Assembly (NCBI GenBank): GCA_052426225.1
Contig: JBNJNM010000012.1
Coordinates: forward strand, 558,001 to 622,000
DNA length: 64,000 nucleotides
Reading direction: 5' to 3'
Source of the DNA: Zancudomyces culisetae HAW-14-8
Taxonomy: Eukaryota > Fungi > Kickxellomycota
The translations under genes were made by a program, and so were the position numbers. The first letter of the stretch is position 1; each line of letters begins with the position of its first letter. The notes beneath the pieces were generated by a model. It was not told the DNA's origin. It saw only the letters and a list, made by a program, of their open reading frames with translations, and did not search any database. Positions 51,305 to 61,392 of this stretch are shown here, one piece after another.

Positions 51305-52647
51305 ATGAGTCAACATAAAAGAACAACAAAAAAAGTAGAAGATAAAAGCTCAAAAGTAGATGCTGTAGTAATCAAGGAAGAGCTCTTCAAAACCGAACAG
51401 TGCAAAAATTGGAGTATGTACGGAACTTGCAGGTAAATATCAGTTTTGTTTAAAATCTCAAGATAATGTGTTCATATTTAACAGTTACAAACAGAACACG
51501 TTTTTTTGGTTTTTTGGTTGTTTGATTGTATACCTGGTTGTATTTTCTGCACTATTGAATAGCTCTTGAGCTTGTAGTACAAACTACCATTAACCACATG
51601 TAAAATAACTGTTTTCAAAACTTTAACTAATATAGATATGGGGATTCTTGTAAGTTTGCTCATGGTTTAGTCGAACAGCGACGTAGGGAGAGAAATAAAA
51701 AGTATAAAACATCGCTCTGTAAAGATTTTCCGCTTGGAAAATGTACATTTGGAATACGATGCAACTTTGCTCATAGTATAAACGAACTCAATCCAATAGA
51801 TGACCCTTCAAAAAATAAAACAAAGCCTCCTATTAAAACGGTTGAAAGCGAGCAACAAAAGTTATTTAGTGCTGTAGATAACAACCCACTATTTGCTAAG
51901 GTTTTGAAAAAGAAACTTGATGGTCTATCACAGGTTGAGGGTAGCAGGCTCACTAAAGACTTGAATACTGGAGTCAATAAACTTAGTCTACTAGGCGATT
52001 CTGATATCAATTGCAAAACAAACAGTGATGTTTACAGCGAGATGAATGAAAATACCCATCAACTGAGCTATATTACTTTGCTTAACAACAGTCTTTTAAA
52101 CAACGGATACATTAAAAGAGGCAGTACCAAAATTGATCCATACCAAAACACCACTTTTCCACAGCCAAATGTTTCGGGACTAGGAAACTCCAAGTTTCTA
52201 GATGTGAACGCTCAGAAAAATATGCTCATGGGAAACCATCTTAACAACTATCATACTGAAACTGGGTTTGGGGGTCTGGGCTTGGAGTTTGATAGAAACT
52301 ATCTACCAGACCATGATTTTTTCAACACATATTCATATATAAAGAGTTATAAGCCCAACGAAGGTCACCGGCAATTTAATCTAGACAATCTTTATAGCAA
52401 ACAAAACCCATTCAATGTTTTTGAAGCCAAGCTACCCAAGGTCAGAAGAATTGATTCAATAGATGCCTTGTTAACCCCACCATCGAGTATCATGGAAAGC
52501 GAAAAAAAAATGGATTTAAATGGGTGTGGTGGGATTCCGTATGATAATAATGGCTTTAAGAGTGTTTCTTCTGGATTTCCCGAGTACCAGTTGGAATTTC
52601 ATAAGGATTTTTCTACTGATCAAAGGCATAGGAATATTGCGCTGTAG
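51305..52647 (+). CDS. Tandem CCCH zinc-finger mRNA-decay protein (TTP/Zfs1/Cth family); intron 51433-51635
   Basis: LFKTEQC-x8-C-x5-C-x3-H (CKNWSMYGTCR|YGDSCKFAH), an 18-aa linker ending KYKTSL, then C-x7-C-x5-C-x3-H (CKDFPLGKCTFGIRCNFAH). Confidence 0.9.
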
Positions 52648-55578
52648 ATATGCTTCTTTTGGCCATTTATTAAATTAATGGATAAAGAAGACACAAAGTT
52701 TCAGCTGCGATTGTAAACGCTGGACTTAATGTAGGTCATCAATGCAAAAGGAAGGATTTAATTAATGGTCTCATTATTACACAAGAACGTAAATTAAGGG
52801 CAGATGATTTATTTTACTTTAAATGTTTAATATGCACAAATTTTACCGCCAATTTAGGCCATATTCAAATATATTACTTGTACTACAATTTATAAAATTA
52901 ATAAAAGATTCTTATTTTTAAACAGCTGGTATCTATAAAGTTGGAAATAAATATACTGCTTTGATAGAAGCTTAGTTAAGGTTAATACTCTAATTGGTAT
53001 TCAAAATACTGTAACTCTTGTACCAATAAGTTGCTAGTAAATCATATTTAGGCTGGAAATAGAAATCTAACGAATCTTTTTTATGTATCCTTCAAATCCA
53101 GAGATTATGATAAAAAGAATTAAACACCCATTTTATTTTCAATCTCACCTGATTTGGTAATGTGTGGGAGAGAGGAGAAATGTATGTGATGAAAATTAAT
53201 GTAAAGATTAAATAACTTGGTAAATAAAATGGTAAAGTATTTTTATGGAGTAAAAAAGAAATAAAAAATATTTTTGTAAAAAACACAATTGATTAACTAA
53301 CAACAAGATCAAGACAAGCGGATTACAGATGATAAAATGGAAATTGGAGCCGAACTTGAATACATTCTGTAATCATTAACCCAATATTTTGCGAAAGGCT
53401 GATTGACTCTACGAGATTCAGTTTACTTTAGAACCTTAGCCTTATAAATTCTACCTTTCTACTTTATAAAAACTTGTGATAAGAACCTGGATAAGTAGAA
53501 GCATGTATTAATATCGTTAATGTTTTAAGAAGAGAAAATAGCTATAAGTAAGGTAAAACATGACTTTTGATATATTTTTGGTAATTTACCAAAATTGGTT
53601 TTAAAATCCTATAGGGAAAAGCATGAGAATTTAAAGATTTGTGAGTAGCTCCGTATTTTAATAGCAAGAGTTGAATTTTAGTTTTAAGTTTAGTGGTACG
53701 ATATGGTATGGTAAGAGAAGCAGTTGAAATTATCCTGCGGAAAATGTTTTTTTTCTTACTTTGTCTATTTCTAATTGATTATATTTTGGTTGAGATTTAC
53801 TTGCATTCTCCAAAATGATACTTACAGGATGAAGTCACATTTTCTTATTATAGCTTTGTATATATTAGTGTATATAAATCAAATTAAAGTTATTGATTTA
53901 TAGAAGAATACTAAGGATATAGCTAGTAAATTAACATGTTGTTAGAAGGAAGGGAATAGGATTTGTAGTGGCTGAGTGAATTTTGATGAAACTGAATATT
54001 GTAATACAAAGTCAAACAAGCCTAAGGAAATATTGGGGGTGGTAATCTAACCCTATAGAGTTTTTCTCAGGATAAGTTAATCTTTGTACTTGAAAATACA
54101 GGTATATCAAGAAAAAGGAGAAAAAATTTATTCAATAGGTAGTGCAAGATATTGAGTACTAATGAAAATGCATATTTGTGTTCTCTAAGCGATAAAATGT
54201 GAGTTGATTTTTTTTAGGTAAAGGGAAGGTTGAAAAGGTGGTTTTTATTATAACTAAAAAAACTATAGTTTAAGAATCTAGTCTTTTTTTCAGAGACTAC
54301 AGAGTATTTTACCAAAAGAATGTTCCGGTGTTTACGAAAGCAAAGTTAGGTATTAACTTTTAAATGTTTTCGGTATAGTTGGAAATACAAGTTTATCGGT
54401 TAATATTATGTGTCTGCAAAATATATTAATGTTTAAAATTTTTTTTATTGCAATTCCTTTTTAAAAAATTGAGGGGGGGGGTGATTTTTTCAGCAAAGGG
54501 CTGAGGCAGATATGAGCAAAGTCGACTTTGAACTAGTTGATGGGATGCCATGTGTTTGCATTTTTATTTTGTTTGTCTTGACTTTTCTCCAGTATATAGA
54601 GGGGTAGAGGTCCGTATTTGAGGGGTATTATCCATATTTATCCCTGTATTGATTTATTGTATCTAAAGTTATTGAAAACTGATGCCTTCAAAATCAGGAA
54701 TTTGGGAATAGTAAAGATGCTTGAAGCTTGAGTAATTTGATTGAGATATAGATATTTCAAGCAACTAGAGAAACATGAATCATTGAATTTTATTCAATAT
54801 GGGGAATAACCTTAGCCTACTATATGAATATATAATCTCTAAGCACCATTCTTGATTCGGTCGTAATTGTGAGATCAAGCATGACTATGTAGAATTGTGT
54901 TTGAAGAGATAACACTCATTGAAAACTGTAAATGAGTTAAAATGTGAGAATTCACTGCAGAAAAATCATGATTTTGGCTACAATTTCTGTTTTATCATTT
55001 AAGCATCAATTCTATGAGTTATAGGATATGCCATACATATTGAAACGTTTCTCAAAATATATTTTGTGGAAGCAAAGTAAATACAATTGGATCAAATTGC
55101 AAACGAATTTGTAAACCCTTTCTTTGATCTAGCATAACAAAAGTATTTGTGTTATCCATTAACAAGAAACACAAATTATGGGGCTTTAGGTTATAAGATA
55201 CTGAGCAATCAGTGTTAGTTTTGTGTTCGCAAGATAAGTATGAACATCATTTACTAAATGTAGTGTGACGAAAAAAAAGGGTGGGGAAGAAAACGTGGTT
55301 AGAATTAACTTGCCATTGGTTTTCAGAGACTTGATTTATCATTCAGATCTCGTAGTCCTCACACTCCCTGTTATTCGTATGCTACTACCAGTAATTGAAA
55401 ACATACCAATATCATGGGAACAACAGCCGTAAATTAACTCTGACATGCATTTTCGAAAAGGGCCTACATAAAATCAATATTACATGTGTACTATTTAGTA
55501 CAAAGAATCCAAAACTAAAAGTGCTAGACTACGACAGAAAATATAATGCTATAGCGGATGGTGCTACTGATTTGTACT

Positions 55579-56868
55579 TTAGCTATTCAAAGTAGATGAA
55601 CTGTTAAACTTTGCACTAGAAGTGGATACGCTGCGTGAATTATGCTCGGCCAAATAAGACAAGAGAATTTCATCCGGAATCAAAAGATGGCTCTTTTGCA
55701 TAGAAGACTCCAACCCTGCTAGTTTTAGGATAATCTCCAACAGGCGTATGTCAGAGCATAGATAGATTCCAGAGCCGTCATCTTTTTTATTTTCTGAATT
55801 GTTCTGCTGGATATCTTTACAGGTCGACAGTTGCGTTTCGCAATCGGAGGCCCTACGAACTAGTGACTTAGCAGAGTCCGACTCAAGCTCAAGTTCAGAA
55901 TCACTATCAGAGCATGACTCAGGCACTGTTTCCGAATCTTCAAACATTTTGACAGCATAATATTCGATTTCGTTTTTATAAGTAATTTTCAAGACTAAAA
56001 CAGCTGAATTTGAATCCTCGATATTCAAGAGCAATCCGGAAGTCGAATAAAACATTTTGTGGATACTCGAAACATCAAAATGCATTTCGAATTCCTTTTC
56101 ATCTTCATTGTGAAATCTGCCATCATTAAAATCTCTTAGAATGTTTATCGTGCGATTATACTTTTGATTAGTCATTATTTTCAAATCTGCTTTGTAGACT
56201 TTTTCCATCCAAGTAAAATCTGATTTATTTTGAGGTCGCTCTGAACACTTGAAGAGATAGAATAATGTAACAGGGAAAGTAATTTTCAAGCCGGAGCTGA
56301 TTAGTTTAGATGCCTCGATAGTTTTCGAAATTGGTAATGTAGAATGAATTTGGAATGATGATGAGCAATTCTGGATAGTTGAAAGAATCAGATTGAGAAT
56401 AGGTAGGTACCCATTTATATTGCTCAATAGAGCGCGGATTTTTTCATTGATTTCGGTAGGTAGAGGAATCTGTGAATTAGTATCCTTTCTCAGAGGTTCG
56501 ACAGCTTTGGTTGTTTTTGATTCTTCAATCTTTAGATATGGACCCTCTAGCGAAAATTCCTCAATCATCATTTTTATTTCATCGACAATCGGAAGTGCGT
56601 ATTCTATTATTGAATCGGTCCGATTAGTAGCCATAATTTCAATATATTGTACAATGGGGAGTAATACATTTAGTTTCAATTGCAATTCATGCTTCAATGT
56701 AACAAGTTCGTTGTATCGTTTTTTTGAATTTAGGTTATTATCCAAGCTAGCTCCTTTCTTAATATACTCGGTTATTTGTTTGACAATTAAACTACTAGCT
56801 GCTCCAAATGCTGCACGGCCTACCATCGAAGCAGTTTTCATTGCTAATTCTGAGAGCAGTGAGTCCAT
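55579..56868 (-). CDS. YRB30: Ran-binding protein Yrb30 family
   Basis: MDSLLSELAMKTASMVGRAAFG.AS..IVKQI, KLNVLLPIVQYIE, I..YLPILNL.L, FTWMEK..KA, DFNDGRFH, MFYSTSG.LLNIEDSNSAVLVLK, LLEIILKLAGLE..QKSHL.IPDE.L match the fungal RanGTP-binding protein pattern. Confidence 0.82.
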   Translation of the reverse strand: MDSLLSELAMKTASMVGRAAFGAASSLIVKQITEYIKKGASLDNNLNSKKRYNELVTLKHELQLKLNVLLPIVQYIEIMATNRTDSIIEYALPIVDEIKMMIEEFSLEGPYLKIEESKTTKAVEPLRKDTNSQIPLPTEINEKIRALLSNINGYLPILNLILSTIQNCSSSFQIHSTLPISKTIEASKLISSGLKITFPVTLFYLFKCSERPQNKSDFTWMEKVYKADLKIMTNQKYNRTINILRDFNDGRFHNEDEKEFEMHFDVSSIHKMFYSTSGLLLNIEDSNSAVLVLKITYKNEIEYYAVKMFEDSETVPESCSDSDSELELESDSAKSLVRRASDCETQLSTCKDIQQNNSENKKDDGSGIYLCSDIRLLEIILKLAGLESSMQKSHLLIPDEILLSYLAEHNSRSVSTSSAKFNSSSTLNS

Positions 56869-57599
56869 TCTGGTATAAAATCCAAAACCTTATTTAATAT
56901 TTGCAATGTCGTTAGGGATTATTTTATATTATGAAATTTATATACATTTAATGTTAAAGATAACTCTAACAAGTTATGTTAATAATATACTAAAAATATT
57001 TATTCGATTCATAAAATTGTAGTCAAAAAAACAATAATACAAATAATTCGAATGGTTTATTCTGAAATAATTGGAAGGCTATATATAAAATTGGCTGGCT
57101 TTTAAAATGAAAAAAAAAGATAATTAATAAGAAAAATTCTAATTACAAAAATTCAAACAATGATTGTTATTTGTGTTCCAATGAACATTAAAAATGAAAA
57201 TTCGGTTAATATTTAAATATTGTGTAATAAAATTATATATTATATATATTATTTCTAATAAGCAACAAGGTAAACTGTAAAAAACGCTAATTTTTATAAT
57301 AATTTTGTACTTCAAATTAGAAAAAAATTATAAATAATTAAATAATAAAGAGTCTAAACGAAAGATAATGTTGAATTAGATATACAATATTTATGACAAG
57401 TAATTTCCAACTCTGATATGTTAATTAAGAAAACCTAAGATCTAATTCAAAATTAATTAAACTATGCTAAATAGTAATTTAGTCGTCTATTTTTAAAAAT
57501 GGTATTTACTAATATATCAAAATTTGAAGCCCTAAATAAAAATAAGGTGTAATTAATTAATTCTGTATAAAGTTGAAAGATTGAGAGTAAAAATGAATA

Positions 57600-58700
57600 A
57601 GAAATAAACAGGGTGTATATACATTAAGAAACTGTTATCCCTAATATGAAAATGCTTTCAAATCATTTGATATAAAGATATTTAAATAAAGCTATTAAGG
57701 ATATGTAAATATTTTGGGTAAAGTAGTATTTTAAATAGGTGAGGTTGGTATTATAAAATATCATTCATTAAAATCAAATTAAATATTTGGTTTGACTTTG
57801 ACAGATCCAAAATGCAGTCTATTGTGTTTAAAATCGAAAGTACAGGTAAATACGTAACCGTAGAGATAGTCCGTACTGATAAAGTCTGCTACTTTTGATT
57901 ATCGGACAAGCATCACTTGTAATATTCAATTCTTTTACAAATATCAATATTTGTTTTTAGTGTAGTATCTAAGAGTTCAAATAATGTAAATTAACACCAC
58001 AGTGACCAAAGCTCCAGAATCATGCATTTCTTACAATAACTGTATTCTTAAGCTGGTAATAATAGTTTTAGTATATTATATTAACCGAATCAATTTATGT
58101 TTAGTTTCAGGTAATTATTATTATAATTGATCTATTTAATAAATTTGAACATGATTAATAAATAAATCAAAATGAAATACTCTAACTATTCATGTGAATA
58201 ATATTTTAGTTTAATAAAAAATCAGTATATTTTTAAAAGTGATATGCAGAGTAGTAAAGCGCTTTTTAATCCAGTAGCCGCAGGCGTGTGGGTTAAATCT
58301 TATGAGTTCTTTATTCCATCAGAGCTGAATAACATATTAGCATCTCATAAATGTTAACTCTAATTATTTTGAAACAGCCTATATATTCATTTTGTACTTT
58401 TCTTTACGAAATTGAACTTTATCATTATAAATCCTAACAATTTTTGCATATTCTAATTTACAAAACTTCATTGATTATAAACTGACAGAATATATAAAAA
58501 CATATGGTTTAAAACTAGTCATATTCGTTAAAGTACTAACTATATTATATATAATACTAATTCTAAAATCTAAAAATATATTATTCTGATACAATTTTAA
58601 GTTTATAGCTCATTGAGAATAGGCAACAAAAATCTAAATCATGCCATCTTAAATAATATTTCTAATTTGGATGGCCTAAAAAAATTATTATTTCGTTTAT
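57600..58700 (-). pseudogene. Highly decayed Ty3/gypsy pol (integrase) remnant
   Basis: Minus-strand pieces in the expected order: RPSKL (like YRPGK), EMHDSGA/FGHCGVN (HH of the HHCC finger), TSDACPIIKSSRLYQYGL (like C..CQ..KSSRHKPYGLL), IDCILDLSKSNQIFNLIL (like MDFITDLPKS..F.SIL), and ATTAGGGATAACAGTTTC (like SDRG.QF). Many stops and frameshifts; very AT-rich. Confidence 0.55.
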
Positions 58701-59833
58701 CATTAAATTTGAAGATCATACTATTATAACAGGTAAAAAACGTATAAAATTTTAGGGTGAAATTATAAGTCTGATTTTCCTAACATTCAACATAGTATAA
58801 CATGGATATTAAATATTAACGATATTGCTAGTAGCCATTATAGTCTTATTCAATATGTTAACCTAAAAAAGTTATGAAATGTATTATAAATGGTATTTAT
58901 AAACTATTAAATATATAATTTAAAAGATAACAGTTGAAATAAAATAGGAATACAAATATGCCTTAGAATCAGATTCTATAAAGTTCAGTCTAGAAATGGT
59001 CACATTTACATTTAACTCATAAAGTAAATACAGAGTGAAACATAGTTATTTATTGTTATTAGAGATACATGAAAAAACAGAGTTTTAAACATTTGAATTA
59101 AATAAACTATAGTTAAATAAATAATTCTTAAATAATCAAAAATGTCACAACGATCAAACATCCCAATATTCATATAAAAATTTCTATTTAAACACTAGGA
59201 CTCATAACGTAGCCTTAACTGCATGAATGTATATAAAGTACAAAAAAAAATTCATAGCGCTATGACTTGCAAGAAAAGTTAATGTTCTACTTGATTTCTA
59301 TTGGATATCAAACACTACTCTAGACCCGTGCGTAATGATTAAAACGTATAATTATAACAAAATAACTGTTAAAATAATAAAGTGTTAAAATAAAAGTTAA
59401 TGCATTTACTGTAATATAATTTGATGTTAGTAAAAGTCTAAATAGTATTCATCTAATGTGATGGCTGAAATTGGAATAGCACAGATTATGTCAGTTTTAT
59501 TCAGATCTCGGACCTCATCACTAGTTCTGATTGCCGTATTAAGAATGTTTAACTTATCTTATTACTGTTATAATAATAATTATATCTAATTAAAACTATA
59601 GTTGTATTTAATACTAGTTGCAATGAATAAGTATGAATAAACTTATTTTAAAGTATACTCCGTTAAGAAACGTAAAGGTGCTTCTTCTCGTTGTCCACGC
59701 GCGTTCTATTCAGTTTGCTATTCACTTTCCTATTCTAGATAGTTTTTACTATTGATCATGTTTACTCTCATTGGTGATTATCTTCAGTTCAGTAATCAAA
59801 TTTGATTCGCTAGCAAAAAAATACTACCGTATG

Positions 59834-59838
59834 AAAAA
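59834..59838 (-). terminator. RNA polymerase III terminator (T5) for the tRNA dimer
   Basis: TTTTT lies 5 nt after tRNA-Lys on the minus strand. There is no T-run between the two tRNAs. Confidence 0.75.
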
Positions 59839-59843
59839 GTTAC

Positions 59844-59916
59844 AGCCCAACGCGGGGGTCGAACCCGCAACCTTGAGATTAAGAGTCTCACGCTCTACCG
59901 ATTGAGCTAGCCGGGC
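59844..59916 (-). tRNA. tRNA-Lys (anticodon CTT)
   Basis: GCCCGGCTAGCTCAATCGGTAGAGCGTGAGA-CTCTTAA-TCTCAAGGTTGCGGGTTCGACCCCCGCGTTGGGCT folds to a full cloverleaf with A and B boxes. Confidence 0.96.
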
Positions 59917-59918
59917 AG

Positions 59919-59991
59919 TGGAGAACCGGGGTATCGATCCCCGTACCTCTCGCATGCTAAGCGAGCGCTCTACCATTTGAGCTAGTTCCCC
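59919..59991 (-). tRNA. tRNA-Ala (anticodon AGC)
   Basis: GGGGAACTAGCTCAAATGGTAGAGCGCTCGC-TTAGCAT-GCGAGAGGTACGGGGATCGATACCCCGGTTCTCCA has a G3:U70 identity pair, A73 and a eukaryotic Ala-type GATCGAT T-loop. Confidence 0.96.
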
Positions 59992-59997
59992 TGTGTG

Positions 59998-60759
59998 TGT
60001 CGCATAATGTGAAGTATCACTACTTCCATTAGCGCTACCATCACGTGTTATACCGGTTCTGGTACGATCACTGATGGTTGATGCACTTCTATTGCGTAAT
60101 GCAATGTGCATCGAGGGGTGCTCGGGTGAGCTAATACCCCTGTACAGTGTCGGTGAAATTGTACTCACCGACATTTCTTCCGGGCTCCTACGGATCTGGA
60201 GTTGACGGACACTTTCTGTCAACTCACCAAGGGTGCGGGGACTTAATACCCCTGCATCCTGATCCATGCTGCTGCCCCTGCTCATGCTGGTAGAAGTGTG
60301 TGACTCCCTCCTGGAGTCACATTCGGTTCCAATCCAACTGTTTAAAAACATTATTGCTAGTTTATCTTTTGGTTTATATTTGATTTTATTTAATTATTTT
60401 ATTATAGTATTCCGTATCGAGACATGGATGATGTTTTCATATGTCATCCATACGTCTCCTTAAATATACTATTCGAATGTTAAACCACTATATAAAAACT
60501 AAATACTAAAATATGACTATTGTTATAATATTATTACTAATTTGTTTGTTATTAATGATAAATGTAAAATGCATGGGATCATTTTACATTTTACATTCAT
60601 CATTATTGAACTAGCTCAGTATGAAAAATTGATTGCATACTGAGCTCAAAATTATTTTATTTAAAAAAAGTAAACAAAAATGAATTTGCATTTTCGCACT
60701 GAGTGTACCATTTTCAGGCACATCCACGTGCTATTGTACAAATTGTTAATAATGCGACA
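59998..60759 (-). mobile_element. Solo LTR (762 bp) of a Ty3/gypsy element, containing the first 118 codons of gag
   Basis: Termini TGTCGCAT...ATGCGACA (8-bp perfect inverted repeat) flanked by the direct repeat TGTG (59994-59997 and 60760-60763). Its internal ORF (GSSMDQDAGVLSP.TL..LT.SVRQ.QIR) is homologous to the gag start of the neighbouring element. Confidence 0.85.
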
Positions 60760-60766
60760 TGTGTTG

Positions 60767-61392
60767 TGTCGAGATACTAGATCCGGGTATCACGGCATAG
60801 CAACGTGTATTGGATCAGATTACACGTTGCTGAACAATTACATTGTTCATTCAAGAAACGTTGAGATATGTATGAATGATTGTTAACAACACATTCATAC
60901 ACCAACGTTTCAACGCAAACATTAATATAGTAATATTGTTTTTTATGGATGATAGTTTAGTGATTATTTATAAAGAGTTAGTTTATATAAATAAAAGACA
61001 TAGGATGAATTGGAAAGCGTCATCCATGTCTTAATATACGGACGTATAAATAAAAATCTAGTTAATAATAATAAAAAAAAATACAAAGAAACTACAAAAA
61101 TGTACTACTCAAATGGGTATGAAGATGAGGAGATGGCAATAAGTACCACTTCATCATCTTCCGGAAGAAGTACTGGCAGCAGCATGGATCAGGATGCTGG
61201 GGTATTAAGCCCCCAGACCTTGAAAGATCTGACCACTAGCGTGCGTCAGATACAGATCCGTAGTAGCCTAGGGAGTCCGTCGGGGATCAGACTTTTTCTA
61301 CACCTCCAAAGGGGTGTGTGTCATCCCATTCTGCGCAAATGGGGATAAGGTTACAGAGCAATTGTGTAACCCCCAGTACCCATCTTGCGACA
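60767..61392 (+). mobile_element. 5' LTR of a Ty3/gypsy element (start 60765 or 60767)
   Basis: TGTCGAGAT...ATCTTGCGACA termini. The 3' end matches the solo LTR end (CAT-NNN-GCGACA) and is followed directly by a primer-binding site. Confidence 0.8.

Noticed and set aside
54660-54960. Possible decayed RNase H (TDA...GIV) of a DIRS-like element
   Set aside because: Only a few residues match, with no ordered motif series.
55315-55365. Box C/D-like motifs on the minus strand (GTGAGGA..CTGA..ATGATAA..CTGA), sharing ATTCAGATCTCG with 59499-59510
   Set aside because: Too short, no terminal stem and no convincing rRNA guide. The 12-mer match may be chance or an LTR relic.
57630-57650. TAGGGATAACAG on the minus strand, like an LSU rRNA/I-SceI site or a NUMT
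   Set aside because: The flanks are not rRNA-like; better explained as the decayed integrase SDRGxQF codons.
59998-61392. Inverted homologous ORFs first read as a DIRS-like inverted-terminal-repeat element or an ambisense gene pair
   Set aside because: TG..CA termini, a TSD, a PBS and an aspartic protease explain them as two back-to-back gypsy LTRs.
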